DNA from: Candidatus Methanomethylicaceae archaeon
Lineage (GTDB): Archaea > Thermoproteota > Methanomethylicia > Methanomethylicales > Methanomethylicaceae
Length of the DNA: 63,222 nucleotides
Direction: 5' to 3'
Assembly: GCA_025057955.1 (NCBI GenBank)
Contig: JANXER010000005.1
Location: 1 to 63,222 of the forward strand
The notes below the pieces were generated by a model. That model did no database searches and was not told where the DNA came from. It was given only the letters and a program-made list of their open reading frames with translations. This document shows positions 22,296 through 33,688 of this stretch, one piece after another. The position numbers and the translations under genes are program-made. Within the stretch, counting starts at the first letter, position 1, and every line of letters begins with the position of its first letter.

Positions 22296-23012
22296 ATGCC
22301 AATAAAGAACGGAGATTTCATACTATTGGATTATATATTGAGAATTAAGGATAGTGGTGAAGTTTTTGATACAACCATAGAGGAAGAGGCAAAAAAAGCA
22401 AACATCCATAATCCAGAAAACATCTATGAACCTAAACTTATAGTGGTTGGACAAGGCTGGATTATAAAGGGAATTGATGAAGCTCTATTGAACATGGAAG
22501 AGGGGGGAGAAAAGGAGATTGAGATACCTCCAGAGAAGGCCTTTGGAGAAAGGGATTCATCAAAGGTGAAAATAATTCCAGCTAAAGAGCTCACAAAGCA
22601 AGGCATTACCCCAAGACCTGGAGCAAGAATAGATTTAGGAGGATCCATAGCTACAATAAGAAGCGTTGGAAGTGGAAGAGTAACAATAGACTATAATCAT
22701 CCATTATCTGGAAAATCAATAATTGCAAAAATAATTGTAAGAAAACTTCTCACAGATACCTCAGATAAAATAAGGGAACTTGTGCACATGAGAATTAGAG
22801 GAGTATCAAAAGAGAAGTTCATAATCTCCATAATTGGAAACATGGTCACCATAGAAATGCCTGAGGAGACGTTTATGGCAGAGGATATACGCTTTGCAAA
22901 AAGAGGAATAGTTAGAGATATAAACAAATTCTTCAGCGATATAACCTCAGTGCAATTTATTGAAACATATAACATAAAACCTACTAGTCAGCAACCTCAA
23001 CAATCACTCTAA
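22296..23012 (+). CDS. Long-type archaeal FKBP peptidyl-prolyl isomerase
   Basis: FDTT, IPPEKAFGER, DYNHPLSGK. Confidence 0.92.
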   Translation: MPIKNGDFILLDYILRIKDSGEVFDTTIEEEAKKANIHNPENIYEPKLIVVGQGWIIKGIDEALLNMEEGGEKEIEIPPEKAFGERDSSKVKIIPAKELTKQGITPRPGARIDLGGSIATIRSVGSGRVTIDYNHPLSGKSIIAKIIVRKLLTDTSDKIRELVHMRIRGVSKEKFIISIIGNMVTIEMPEETFMAEDIRFAKRGIVRDINKFFSDITSVQFIETYNIKPTSQQPQQSL

Positions 23013-23430
23013 CCATCTCCTTACCACATAATGCCATTTCGGAAACATCATTCAATACATTTAAAATTTTAATTCTTTCTCCTATTTTTAATCCAATTGG
23101 CTTACATAGATTTCTTAAGATGCAATTCATTTCATTACATTCAATCCATGAGAATCTAATTATTGCTCCTTCAATGGCTATACTCTTTCTTAATATAATC
23201 TCCATTGGAAGTTCTACTACTTTAACTACAACCAATTTTCCCTCGTAAAGTTTACAATAATGCTTCCTTCCTCTAACTTCTATTATTTCATAAAATCTTC
23301 CTGCTATAACATTCTTCATGCATATATCGAATAGATTGCATGATTTACATATCTGAGGGGCCTCTATGGCCATGAATTTTAAGCCCCTTTTAGCCATTCC
23401 CTCTCCTACTAAGGTAACCGTTTCCCTCAA
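22984..23430 (-). CDS. UPF0179 family protein
   Basis: TLVG, CxxCxxxxxC, HxC, AIEG, Cys-rich C-terminus; conserved neighbour of egsA. Confidence 0.85.
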   Translation of the reverse strand: MRETVTLVGEGMAKRGLKFMAIEAPQICKSCNLFDICMKNVIAGRFYEIIEVRGRKHYCKLYEGKLVVVKVVELPMEIILRKSIAIEGAIIRFSWIECNEMNCILRNLCKPIGLKIGERIKILNVLNDVSEMALCGKEMVRVIVEVAD

Positions 23431-24479
23431 TCTATTACCCCTGTAATTCTAGCTACTTCTATGGCTGCATCCCTTGTTAATCCTCTCTCCCCTAAAATAG
23501 TATATCTCTCAGGCCTTATGGTGTGAGCTATGGTTAAAGCCTCAATAATCTTTTCATCCTCTACGCCTAGCTCCTTAGCAGTTGTAGGTGCTCCCACTTT
23601 AACAAGCACTTCCTTCACCTTCTTCCAATTTCCACCATGTAGATACATCATCATTATAGTTCCAATGCCACACCTCTCTCCATGATATGTTCTATTTCCA
23701 ATAATCCTCTCTAATGCATGAGCGAATAAATGCTCTGAGCCACTACATGGTCTACTACTTCCTGCAATACACATAGCATAGCCGCAGCTTATGAGAGCCT
23801 CCACAAGCACTCTTATACCCGCCTCAAGTCCTCTTGCTATTAATTCTGAGTTTTTTGCCACAAGCTTAGCTGACATAAGCGCTAAGGATGCTGCATGCTC
23901 TCCATAATATTCTCCCTTCAATCTATGAGCAAGGCTCCAATCTCTAACCGCTGTAAACTTAGCAATAATATCTCCAACACCACTTATTATATGCCTTCTT
24001 GGTGAGTTAATAATCAATTCCATATCTGCTATAAGTGCTATTGGAGGATGAGCCATAATTGATATGGAACCTTTTTCTCCCTTCAATGAGGCTACTGGGG
24101 AGGAAATTCCATCATGTGTTGCAGAAGTTGGTATGCTTATAAATTGTACTCCTCTATTGAATGATGCAAGCTTAGCTACATCTATAGTCTTTCCTCCTCC
24201 TACTCCTATAACTATCTTAGCTTTTATTTCATCTATTGCTCGACTAACCATATCAACTTCCTCATATGTAGAGTCCTTTACTATGACTTTATGAACAGAG
24301 TAAATTCTCTTATCTAAGTTAATCTCAATTCTCTCAGCCACTCCCTTTGTTATACCCTCTCCACAGGCTATCAAAATTTCCCCTTCATAATTCAATTTCT
24401 TTAAAATTTCCCCCACTTTTCCTAATACCTCTGATCCAACTATTACAAACCTTGGAAGATTTATTGCATGAATTTGCAA
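23427..24479 (-). CDS. egsA: sn-glycerol-1-phosphate dehydrogenase
   Basis: GGGKTIDVAK, PTSATHDG, SSRPCSGSEH, HGE, RYTIL. Confidence 0.96.
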   Translation of the reverse strand: MQIHAINLPRFVIVGSEVLGKVGEILKKLNYEGEILIACGEGITKGVAERIEINLDKRIYSVHKVIVKDSTYEEVDMVSRAIDEIKAKIVIGVGGGKTIDVAKLASFNRGVQFISIPTSATHDGISSPVASLKGEKGSISIMAHPPIALIADMELIINSPRRHIISGVGDIIAKFTAVRDWSLAHRLKGEYYGEHAASLALMSAKLVAKNSELIARGLEAGIRVLVEALISCGYAMCIAGSSRPCSGSEHLFAHALERIIGNRTYHGERCGIGTIMMMYLHGGNWKKVKEVLVKVGAPTTAKELGVEDEKIIEALTIAHTIRPERYTILGERGLTRDAAIEVARITGVID

Positions 24480-24552
24480 TTTTATTCACACTCCATATTT
24501 CGTCATCCTTAAATATATGGAGAGTAGTCATTAAAATTGATCTCGTTTTAAT

Positions 24553-25191
24553 TTGGAGGAAATTATGTTGCAGTTGTATGAAAGCTTTAAAAAAGGTACT
24601 ACTACAGTTGGGGTAGTATGCAGAGATGGAGTAGTACTTGCCACCGATAGAAGGGTTACAGCTGGTCTATATATAGCTCATAAAAGGGGAAGAAAAATAT
24701 ACATTTTAGATGATAATAAGGCTGCTACAATTGCAGGACTTGTTGCTGATGCTCAAATGATAATGGATTTCTTAAAATCTCAAATAGCTCTTATGAAACT
24801 CAGCAATAGAATTCCTCCATCCACTAAAGCTATTGCTACATTAGCCTCAAATATACTATTCAGCTCTAGATATTTCCCTTATATTGTGCAATTCATAATT
24901 GCAGGAGTGGATGAAGAAGGACCGAAAATTTATGTTCTTGATTGGTTTGGTACACTTACTGAGGAAAAATTTGTAGCCACTGGATCAGGAACTCCATATG
25001 CCGTAGGTGTTTTAGAAGCCATGCTTAAAAAGAATCCAACTATTTCAGAGGCCCTTCCAACCATAGCTAAAGCGGTGAAATCTGCTATGGAAAGAGATCC
25101 AGGTAGTGGAGAGGGGATAGATATTGTAGTATTAAGTAAGGAGGGTGTTAGAGAACTTACAGATGAGGAAATAGCTAAGCTCTTGGAGTGA
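24553..25191 (+). CDS. psmB: Proteasome beta subunit, catalytic type
   Basis: Propeptide then G|TTTVG; ATGSG, RDPGSG. Confidence 0.95.
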   Translation: MEEIMLQLYESFKKGTTTVGVVCRDGVVLATDRRVTAGLYIAHKRGRKIYILDDNKAATIAGLVADAQMIMDFLKSQIALMKLSNRIPPSTKAIATLASNILFSSRYFPYIVQFIIAGVDEEGPKIYVLDWFGTLTEEKFVATGSGTPYAVGVLEAMLKKNPTISEALPTIAKAVKSAMERDPGSGEGIDIVVLSKEGVRELTDEEIAKLLE

Positions 25192-25201
25192 TGGTTAATT
25201 C

Positions 25202-27109
25202 ATGGAAGGATTGGATACCTTTGGTGAAATTAGAAAAATAGTGCAAAGAGAAATACCACAAGAAGCTGGACTTACAAAAATAGAGTTTGAAGGACCATTC
25301 ATTATAATTTATGTTAAAAATTTAGGAGTATTAATTGAAAATAGTGAGCCCATAAGAAAAATAGTACATGAAATAAAGAAAAGAATTATAGTTAGAGCTG
25401 ATCCAAGCGTAAGAAAGCCAGAAAATGAAGCTAAACATATAATAGAGAACATCATACCTAAGGAGGCGGAAGTTACAGATATAACCTTTGATGAAGAGGC
25501 TGGAGAAGTTATAATTTTAGCAAAGAAGCCTGGGCTTGTTATTGGAAAAGGAGGATCTACATTAAAGGATATTGTACATCAAACTGGCTGGAGAGCTAAT
25601 ATAATAAGATCCCCCCCTTTAAAGTCGAAGATAATTGAACAAACTGTTTATTATATAAATAGAGAGAGCGAATATAGGCTTAAATTTCTTAGACAAGTAG
25701 GAAGAAGAATACATCGCCCAATTATTTATGAAAATGAATGGGTTGTACTATCTGCTCTTGGTGGATTTAGAGAGGTAGGAAGGCAAGCTATGTTAGTTCA
25801 AACCTTGAATAGCAAAGTGCTAATAGATTGTGGTGTAAAGCCTGGCGTTAATGATTTCTTCAATGAATTTCCCAGATTGGAGGAAGTTGATTTAGAGGAT
25901 TTGGATGCTGTAATAATAACTCATGCTCACTTGGATCATTGTGGTCTTGTTCCTTTGCTCTTTAAGTATGGATACTCTGGACCAGTATATTGTACTAAAC
26001 CAACCAAGAGCTTGATGACATTACTTCAACTTGATTATTTAGATGTAGCAATTAAGGAGGGAAAATCAACTCCATATTCTCTCAAGGATATTAAGAAGGC
26101 CTTACTTCATACTATAGCATTGGATTATGGCGAAGTAACAGATATAGCCCCTGATATAAGATTGACATTTCACAATGCTGGACATATTTTAGGATCAGCC
26201 ATGGTTCATTTACATATAGGAGAGGGGCTTCATAATATTGTATTCACTGGAGACTTCAAATATGCGAGAACAAGATTGCTTGAACCAGCATCTTCATCCT
26301 TTCCAAGGGTTGAGACGCTTATAATGGAGAGCACCTATGGTGCTCCATCTGATGTAATTCCCTCTAGAGAAGAAACAGAGCATTTATTCCTAGAATATAT
26401 AAAATCCACTATAGAGAAAAATGGAAAGGTCCTCATTCCTATATTAGCGGTTGGAAGAGCTCAAGAAATAATGCTTGTATTAGATGAAGCTATAAAGCTT
26501 GGAACAATCCCTCAAATTCCAATATATATTGAGGGAATGCTTCAAGAGGTAACAGCTATTCATACTGCATATCCAGAGAGTTTAGCAAAGGATTTGAAGA
26601 ATAGAATATTCCATAAAGGGGAGAATCCCTTTCTCTCGGAGCATTTCATAAGTGTTGATGATAGAAATGCTAGACCAGAAATTGCTGAGGGAGGACCATG
26701 CATAATAATGGCAACTTCAGGAATGCTAACGGGAGGTCCAGCTTTAGAGTATTTCAAGCTGCTTGCACCAGATCCTAAAAATACTATGATATTTGTAAAT
26801 TATCAAATAGAGGGCACTCTTGGAAGATCAATTCTAAAGGGTGCTAGAGAAGTAACATTAATGGATTCCAGTGGAAAGCTTCAAGTAATAGAGGTAAAAA
26901 TGAGTGTGAACGCACTAGATGGTTTCTCTGGGCATAGTGATAGAAAGCAATTATTAAGGTTTGTAAATAATATATCGCCTAAGCCTAAACAAATAATATT
27001 AGTTCATGGAGAGGAGTCCAAGTGTATTAATATGGCAGACGTCATAAGAAAAATATTTAAGACTGAGGTACTCGCCCCTAGAGTTGGGGATAGGATTAGA
27101 CTTGTTTAA
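25202..27109 (+). CDS. fttA: beta-CASP ribonuclease aCPSF1 / transcription termination factor FttA
   Basis: N-terminal KH domains (PGLVIGKGG), THAHLDH, AGHILGS, ESTYG, FSGHSD, HGE. Confidence 0.96.
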   Translation: MEGLDTFGEIRKIVQREIPQEAGLTKIEFEGPFIIIYVKNLGVLIENSEPIRKIVHEIKKRIIVRADPSVRKPENEAKHIIENIIPKEAEVTDITFDEEAGEVIILAKKPGLVIGKGGSTLKDIVHQTGWRANIIRSPPLKSKIIEQTVYYINRESEYRLKFLRQVGRRIHRPIIYENEWVVLSALGGFREVGRQAMLVQTLNSKVLIDCGVKPGVNDFFNEFPRLEEVDLEDLDAVIITHAHLDHCGLVPLLFKYGYSGPVYCTKPTKSLMTLLQLDYLDVAIKEGKSTPYSLKDIKKALLHTIALDYGEVTDIAPDIRLTFHNAGHILGSAMVHLHIGEGLHNIVFTGDFKYARTRLLEPASSSFPRVETLIMESTYGAPSDVIPSREETEHLFLEYIKSTIEKNGKVLIPILAVGRAQEIMLVLDEAIKLGTIPQIPIYIEGMLQEVTAIHTAYPESLAKDLKNRIFHKGENPFLSEHFISVDDRNARPEIAEGGPCIIMATSGMLTGGPALEYFKLLAPDPKNTMIFVNYQIEGTLGRSILKGAREVTLMDSSGKLQVIEVKMSVNALDGFSGHSDRKQLLRFVNNISPKPKQIILVHGEESKCINMADVIRKIFKTEVLAPRVGDRIRLV

Positions 27110-27883
27110 TTACCAGAGATAGGTAAGATCGCCCTTCCAAGTTCTTCCTCTTTCCTCTCTTACAGTTTTCTCCTCTGCCTCTCTGAATCTTCTAATCATA
27201 TTTTCAAAACTTTTCGCCTTCTCCTCTATATCTAATAAATCTATTTTTATTCCAGTAATTGTTGTTATCACTTTTACTAAAGCTTCTGCAGCTTTTACAT
27301 CTGCAAAATATCCATATGTGTAGGCAAGAGTTTCACTAAGGAGACAAGCTGCAGGTATTTCATATTCTTTAGCATAGGTTAGTATTATTCCATTTGCCCC
27401 AGATATACTTCCACCACTCATTGGAATTACTCCAAATCCCTCTAAAGCTTTCATTAAACTTAAATCAGTTACAGCTCCATAGATTTTTGGCTCTCCTACT
27501 CTACCTTCAACTACATATGCTGCCATGGCATATATCTTTGAAATTCCATATTTCCTTTGAAGCTCTTTAACTATGAAGTCAGTAAGCTCATGTTGTCCCT
27601 CTGGAGTTGCTGGTTGAGCATTTCCTGTAATGAATACAAAGTTATCTGAATTATAGAGCTCCACTCTAATTGGATCCACCGTTCCATCATGTTTAACGAT
27701 TAAGAAGGATGGAAAGGAATAGGAGTATATTTCAGCAAACTTCTCTGCCTTAAGCTTCTCTACTATATAGTCCAAAGCTATTTTCGCTACATATCCTATA
27801 CCTGGAAATCCAACTATAACATATGGATTGCTTAGCCTCAAATCCTTTAGGATTTTAATTCTAATAACCATATTTCTTTCCAT
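27110..27883 (-). CDS. PAC2 / proteasome assembly chaperone family protein
   Basis: GFPGIGYVAK, GNAQP, ISGANG, CLLSET, D..AA. Confidence 0.85.
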   Translation of the reverse strand: MERNMVIRIKILKDLRLSNPYVIVGFPGIGYVAKIALDYIVEKLKAEKFAEIYSYSFPSFLIVKHDGTVDPIRVELYNSDNFVFITGNAQPATPEGQHELTDFIVKELQRKYGISKIYAMAAYVVEGRVGEPKIYGAVTDLSLMKALEGFGVIPMSGGSISGANGIILTYAKEYEIPAACLLSETLAYTYGYFADVKAAEALVKVITTITGIKIDLLDIEEKAKSFENMIRRFREAEEKTVREERGRTWKGDLTYLW

Positions 27884-27902
27884 AGAAGATATAGAGAAAG
27901 TC

Positions 27903-28514
27903 CTATAATAATCTAACCTTTTTAATTAATAACTGATGTATTCTTGAATCATTTGTAAGCTCTGGATGAAAAGAAGTCCCTATTATATTATCTTGCATAA
28001 CGGCCACTATAACTCCTCCAAGCTTACATAGAACTTCCACATTAGGTCCAATCTCCCTTATGGCAGGAGCTCTTATGAAAACTCCTTTAAATTTTTTATC
28101 TCCAATTATTGGAATATCTAAATCAGCCTCAAAGGAATCCCTTTGTCTTCCAAAGGCATTTCTTTCCACAACCACATCCATTAAGCCAATGATTGGTTGT
28201 TCAGTTTTTCCTAAAACTCTATCATAAACGCTCTTAGCTAATAAAATTAATCCAGCACAAGTGCCTAATACTGGCATTCCTTCAGAGATTCTTTGCTTTA
28301 TTAATTGAAGCAATTGACTCATGCTAGCAGCTCTTCCTATGGTTGTACTTTCTCCTCCAGGTATTATTAATCCATTTATCCTCCCTACATCGCTTGATTT
28401 TTTAACTTGAATAATCTCTCCATCTATTCCCATATCTTTAAATGCTAATTTTGTCATTGCTAAATGCTCTTCTATTGCTCCTTGAAGTGCTAATACTCCT
28501 ATTACAGGCCTCAA
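27903..28514 (-). CDS. pdxT: PLP synthase glutaminase subunit
   Basis: GVLALQG, PGGESTT, GTCAG, RNAFGRQ, FIRAP, FHPEL. Confidence 0.97.
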   Translation of the reverse strand: MRPVIGVLALQGAIEEHLAMTKLAFKDMGIDGEIIQVKKSSDVGRINGLIIPGGESTTIGRAASMSQLLQLIKQRISEGMPVLGTCAGLILLAKSVYDRVLGKTEQPIIGLMDVVVERNAFGRQRDSFEADLDIPIIGDKKFKGVFIRAPAIREIGPNVEVLCKLGGVIVAVMQDNIIGTSFHPELTNDSRIHQLLIKKVRLL

Positions 28515-29476
28515 GAGGTTCCCCTTTCCTGCATTCTAAGCTCCAAAGTCTTTATATCCATTCCAATCATGGATTTTTTCTCATCTATCATTTTTTGAGC
28601 TTCTGCAACAACCTCAGGATCATCATAAAATGTAGTTGCAATTACTATGGCTTGAGCTCTTTCCAATGGATCCTCAGACTTGAATATTCCTGATCCAACA
28701 AAGATTCCATCACATCCAAGGTTCATCATTAATGCTGCATCAGCTGGTGTTGCTATTCCTCCAGCTGCAAAATTAACCACTGGAAGCCTTCCCAATCTTC
28801 CAACTTCCTCCACAAGCTCATATGAGACTTTAAGCTCTCTGGCAATTCTTATAAGCTCTTGTTGATCTCCACTTTCATAAATTGATTTAACTCTTCTTAT
28901 TTCATTATTTACAATTCTTATATGTTTAATAGCTTCAGCCACATTTCCTGTGCCAGGCTCTCCTTTAGTTCTAATCATTGAAGCTCCTTCTTCTATTCTT
29001 CTTAAAGCTTCTCCCAAATCCCTTGCACCACATACAAATGGAGTTGTAAAGTCCCATTTCCAAATGTGCCTCTCTTCATCCGCAGGGGTGAGAACTTCAG
29101 ATTCATCTATCATATCCACACCTATTGCCTCAAGCACCTTAGCTTCATAAGTATGTCCTATTCTACATTTTGCCATTACTGGTATTGTTACATGATCCAT
29201 GATTTCTTCAATAACTTTTAGGCTTGCAGTTCTTGCTACACCTCCTGCCTTTCTAACATCATATGGAAGCTTATCTAAAACCATTACTGCTACTGCTCCA
29301 GCTTCTTCAGCTATTTGAGCTTGCTCTATACTAGTTACATCCATTATTACGCCGTGCTTTTGCATATGAGCAAATCCTCTCTTTACCAATGCTGTGCCTC
29401 TTTTAACCTCTAGGTTCTCCAATCTATCAAGTTTAATTCCCTTGGAATTTACAACCTCAGCAATCAATGATATCAT
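28511..29476 (-). CDS. pdxS: PLP synthase lyase subunit
   Basis: [46 protein letters not shown]. Confidence 0.97.
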   Translation of the reverse strand: MISLIAEVVNSKGIKLDRLENLEVKRGTALVKRGFAHMQKHGVIMDVTSIEQAQIAEEAGAVAVMVLDKLPYDVRKAGGVARTASLKVIEEIMDHVTIPVMAKCRIGHTYEAKVLEAIGVDMIDESEVLTPADEERHIWKWDFTTPFVCGARDLGEALRRIEEGASMIRTKGEPGTGNVAEAIKHIRIVNNEIRRVKSIYESGDQQELIRIARELKVSYELVEEVGRLGRLPVVNFAAGGIATPADAALMMNLGCDGIFVGSGIFKSEDPLERAQAIVIATTFYDDPEVVAEAQKMIDEKKSMIGMDIKTLELRMQERGTS

Positions 29477-29527
29477 ACAATTCCCAATAAATTAATTTTA
29501 GAGGGAAATAAATATTTTCCTTTTGAA

Positions 29528-30226
29528 ATGGCTGAGATTCAAGTTCTTTTAGTGCCAAACTTAAGGAAATCCTATGAGAAAGCCTCTCTCATTATTGAAG
29601 AATCTCATTTTGATATGTTATTTCTAAATCTTCCAAGGAATACCCAATATGCTATTTCAAGCTATTGCTCCGGAAAAATTACACTTAATGAGCTTAAAGA
29701 GAGATTGAATTTCTTACCCCCTGAGCCCACGAATTCATGGATTTATTTTTTTGAGCCTATTTTGAAGGTTTTAAAACATGAGACTTATTGTTATATTGAA
29801 AGTTATGATGATTTTGCAAAAATTACCTCAGAAATACTTGTTTTAACCTTTAGATCTATAGTAACTGGAAAAATAAACTTAAGGGAATGGATTGAACTAC
29901 TTAAGCCAAAATCCATGGATTTTGAAGTTGAGTTTATTTCACATAGAGCTAGAGGAAAATGTCTATGTATTTCTGATATTCATGGTTGGAATTTAGCTCA
30001 TGGAATTAGAAAATATGATCATAAGGTTAGTATTAAGTCTGTGGAGAGATTATATTTTCTAAAACCATTAGAATCCCTATGCCTTCTCATAGAGAGAGGA
30101 AAGCTTGATATGGCTGAAGCATTAATAAAAGAGCATATAAAGTTTATAAGTGAATTTGTTTTAAAATCAAATAACATAGATGAAGCATATTTTTCATGGA
30201 TTAAAAAATATAGTTATTTTAGGTAG
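29528..30226 (+). CDS. Hypothetical protein
   Basis: 232-aa ORF with genome-like codon usage filling the gap between pdxS and the ATPase. Confidence 0.7.
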   Translation: MAEIQVLLVPNLRKSYEKASLIIEESHFDMLFLNLPRNTQYAISSYCSGKITLNELKERLNFLPPEPTNSWIYFFEPILKVLKHETYCYIESYDDFAKITSEILVLTFRSIVTGKINLREWIELLKPKSMDFEVEFISHRARGKCLCISDIHGWNLAHGIRKYDHKVSIKSVERLYFLKPLESLCLLIERGKLDMAEALIKEHIKFISEFVLKSNNIDEAYFSWIKKYSYFR

Positions 30227-32880
30227 TTAATTTTCCTCAATATAACCTTGCTGCTCTCCATGGTTATCAATGTTATCATCGATAAAATTAGAGCCAGCCA
30301 TATTGCATATGAATCTATCTCTACAATTTCAAGTGCATGACGAGTTATTGGAAAGCTGAGTAGAATGATTAGAAGTAAGATCTCCCAAATTATTGCTAGC
30401 AATAAGAACTTATGTGGTTTAGTCTCAAAGATGCTATACTTTAATGATCTACAGCTTATTGCTAAAGTCAATTCGAATAGCACGAATATTGTGAAAATCC
30501 TACTTCGAGCTAAATCAATGCCACTTGGTAAAGAGAATAGAAAGGCCCAGAATATGAAGGGCGCTCCTATTATTATTGTGCGTAATATCATGGACTTTAC
30601 ATCTTTAGTGAATATGGACTCCCTTGGGTTTCTGGGCGGTCTTCTCATGATATCAGGATCTGGCGGGCTTACTCCTAGAGCAATGGCTGGAAGTCCATCT
30701 GTAGCTAGATTAACATAGAGTATATGTACTGGCAATAGTGGAGTTGGATAACCCATGAAAACTGCTAATGATAGTATTAAAACTTCAATAAAGTTAGCTT
30801 GCAATAGATATGTCAAGTATTTCTTTATGTTATCATAGATCCATCTTCCCAATTCTATGGCATTAACAATAGTAGCAAAATTATCATCTGCTAAGACCAT
30901 ATCAGCAGTTTCTTTTGTGACTTCAGTTCCAGTTATTCCCATTGCAACACCTATATCCGCTTGCTTAAGGGCGGGGGCATCATTAACTCCATCTCCAGTC
31001 ATTGCCACTATTTGACCTCTTCTTTTCCAAGCTTTAACAATCTTAAGTTTATGTTCAGGAGAGACTCTAGCATAAACTGTTACTTTTTCAACAATCCCCT
31101 CCAAATCCTCTTCGCTCATTTTCTCCAATTCCTCTCCAGTTAGTACGATATCTCCCTCGCTATAGATTCCCAACTCCTTTGCCACAGCCATGGCAGTAAG
31201 CTTATGATCTCCAGTGATCATTATGGGCTTTATTCCAATTTGCTTACAAACCTCAACAGCCCTCAGAGCCTCTTCACGTGGTGGATCTAGCATACCCATA
31301 AGGCCAAGAAATATCATATTTCCTTCGATATTATCATCAACTTCATCCACTCTTCTATAAGCTATGGCTAAAACCCTTAGAGCTTCCTTTGCCATTTCAT
31401 CATTAATTTTAAGTATTCTATCCTTTACATCCTTAGTAATTTCTTCAATGCCCTTTTCGCTATAAATATAGGTACACCTATCTAAAACCCTTTCAGAAGC
31501 TCCCTTCATACATATTAGCCTATCTCCTTCAGGAGTGCTATGAATAGTTGTCATAAGTTTTCTCTCAGAGCTAAATGGAATTTCACCTATACGTGGATAT
31601 GAACTTCTGATCTCATCTTGTTGAAATCCAGCCTTAATTGCAGCTACAACCAAAGCCCCCTCAGTTGGATCGCCCTTTATCTTCCAGCCCCCTCCCTCAT
31701 GTATTAGCTCAGCATCATTGCATAGCAGAGAGGATAGCATTAGAAGCTTAAATCCCTCGCTTTTCACTATATTGGGATTATTGCTTTTGAAATCTCCCTT
31801 GGGCTCATAGCCCACTCCAGAAACCTCTATTATATTATTCAAGCAGTATATTTTTCGAACGGTCATCTCCCCTTTGGTTAGCGTACCAGTCTTATCTGAG
31901 CATATTACTGTTACTGAGCCAAGCGTTTCCACAGCTGGCATTTTTCTAACAAGGGCATTTCTTCTAGCCATTCTATACATTCCAATCGCTAGGCTTCCTG
32001 TAACTACAGCTGGCAAAGCCTCTGGAACTGCTGCTACTGCTAGAGCTACACTGAATAGAAAAATATCCATAATTGATAATCCTCTTATGATACCGAAAAA
32101 TATCAATAGTGCTGTTATGGATAGAGCTATAATTCCAAACCATTTACCAATTTCTTTTGCCCTCCTCTCTAGAGGACTCTCTTCTTTTTCGGCTATTGTT
32201 ACAAACTTGGCTATTTTACCGAATTCAGTGCTCATACCAGTGGCTACTACAATTGCTCTCCCCTTGCCACTTACTACTTCTGTTCCAGAGAAAACCATGT
32301 TTCTTCTATCTGGTAGGGGTGTCTCAATCGGAAGAGTGGAAACATTCTTTAATACTGGTACTGACTCTCCTGTTAGGGATGCCTCATTCACTTGAAGATT
32401 TATAGCTTCAATTAACCTAGCATCAGCTGGAATTTTATCTCCTTCCTTTAATACTATGATATCGCCTGGCACAATCTCCTTAGTAGGTATGGAGATCTCC
32501 TTAGAATCTCTTATTACTGTAATGGTTGGACTGAGCATTTTCCTCAAGGCATCAAGTGCTCTTTCAGCACGATACTCCTGAACAAAGCCTAGTATGGATG
32601 AAATCATGACTATTATGAAAATTACTAGAGCATCAATCTCCTCACCTATAATTAAAGAAATTGCTATGGCTATTAATAGAATCCATATTAAAATGCTCTT
32701 GAATTGACTTAGGAAGATTCTTATGGGTGAAATCTTCTTTGCTCTTATGAGTTCATTATATCCAAACTTTATTAATCTACTCTTGGCCTCAGCATCACTT
32801 AAGCCATGTAGTAGATTGCTATTAAGTATTTTTTCTACTTCATCCTTGTTTAAGGAGTGCCAATTTGAAGTCCCCTTCAT
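30214..32880 (-). CDS. P-type (IIA, Ca2+-type) cation-translocating ATPase
   Basis: TGES, VPEALP, DKTGT, KGA, DPPR, TGD, TGDGVNDAPALK; start set at MKGTSNW. Confidence 0.95.
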   Translation of the reverse strand: MKGTSNWHSLNKDEVEKILNSNLLHGLSDAEAKSRLIKFGYNELIRAKKISPIRIFLSQFKSILIWILLIAIAISLIIGEEIDALVIFIIVMISSILGFVQEYRAERALDALRKMLSPTITVIRDSKEISIPTKEIVPGDIIVLKEGDKIPADARLIEAINLQVNEASLTGESVPVLKNVSTLPIETPLPDRRNMVFSGTEVVSGKGRAIVVATGMSTEFGKIAKFVTIAEKEESPLERRAKEIGKWFGIIALSITALLIFFGIIRGLSIMDIFLFSVALAVAAVPEALPAVVTGSLAIGMYRMARRNALVRKMPAVETLGSVTVICSDKTGTLTKGEMTVRKIYCLNNIIEVSGVGYEPKGDFKSNNPNIVKSEGFKLLMLSSLLCNDAELIHEGGGWKIKGDPTEGALVVAAIKAGFQQDEIRSSYPRIGEIPFSSERKLMTTIHSTPEGDRLICMKGASERVLDRCTYIYSEKGIEEITKDVKDRILKINDEMAKEALRVLAIAYRRVDEVDDNIEGNMIFLGLMGMLDPPREEALRAVEVCKQIGIKPIMITGDHKLTAMAVAKELGIYSEGDIVLTGEELEKMSEEDLEGIVEKVTVYARVSPEHKLKIVKAWKRRGQIVAMTGDGVNDAPALKQADIGVAMGITGTEVTKETADMVLADDNFATIVNAIELGRWIYDNIKKYLTYLLQANFIEVLILSLAVFMGYPTPLLPVHILYVNLATDGLPAIALGVSPPDPDIMRRPPRNPRESIFTKDVKSMILRTIIIGAPFIFWAFLFSLPSGIDLARSRIFTIFVLFELTLAISCRSLKYSIFETKPHKFLLLAIIWEILLLIILLSFPITRHALEIVEIDSYAIWLALILSMITLITMESSKVILRKINYLK

Positions 32881-32891
32881 ATGAAATACCA
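32797..32891. repeat. Copy 1 of a 95-bp exact direct repeat (ATPase 5' end)
   Basis: acttaagccatgtagtag...catatgaaatacca, identical to 33018-33112. Confidence 0.95.
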
Positions 32892-33017
32892 ATGAGTAAA
32901 TAGGGCATGACCTCTTAAGCTTTTTTATCATCGGCAATTAGGTCAATTGTTTATAATCCTTTGGATAACTTAATTCACAAGAACTTTAAAATTATCGTAT
33001 GTTGAAAATAAAATATT

Positions 33018-33112
33018 ACTTAAGCCATGTAGTAGATTGCTATTAAGTATTTTTTCTACTTCATCCTTGTTTAAGGAGTGCCAATTTGAAGTCCCCTTCA
33101 TATGAAATACCA
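33018..33112. repeat. Copy 2 of the 95-bp exact direct repeat
   Basis: Identical to 32797-32891; the copies are separated by 126 bp. Confidence 0.95.
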
Positions 33113-33222
33113 TTAAAAAATAATTAATTTTTCTTGATAAAGATTAAAAATATATAATTATTAGTATGATAAAAGAGAAATATTTTTAAGTTAGAATGCC
33201 ATAAATAAATTGGTGATTTTCC

Positions 33223-33519
33223 TTGGTAAAAAAAGAGAGAATTCCTCTATTGCCTGATACCTGCTTTTACCATGATGAGGAAAAGTATGTATTTGAGATA
33301 GAGCTACCTGGGGTTACAAAGGAGAACATCAATCTTGAGGTTACTGAGAGGAGTCTATGTTTATGCGCACCAAGAAACGAAGTGGAATACAATGGATGTT
33401 GGTTTCTTGTACATGAAGTTAAGCCGGAAAAGGCAAAGGCACACTTCAAAAATGGTTTACTCACAGTGGAGATTCCACTGGCAAAGCCAATGAGGGGAGT
33501 AAAAGTTCCAATAGAATAG
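33223..33519 (+). CDS. Small heat-shock protein (Hsp20/alpha-crystallin domain)
   Basis: ELPGV.KENI, AKAHFKNGLLTVEIP, C-terminal VPIE. Confidence 0.88.
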   Translation: MVKKERIPLLPDTCFYHDEEKYVFEIELPGVTKENINLEVTERSLCLCAPRNEVEYNGCWFLVHEVKPEKAKAHFKNGLLTVEIPLAKPMRGVKVPIE

Positions 33520-33688
33520 CGAGAATATATCTTTTTTTGTGAATTTATCGATGAGTTTTCCAAATCAATTTTCATAGAATGAAAATCACTGAAATTTTCC
33601 AGATTACATGAAATTCAAATGAATTATTGATTTAATCCCTAGTAAAAGCTTTTATTAGGTCCACTTAAAATACTGTGAGGGAAATTAA

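Noticed and set aside
32892..33017. Spacer upstream of the P-type ATPase considered as a Mn (yybP-ykoY) or fluoride riboswitch
   Set aside because: No conserved motifs of either family are recognisable.
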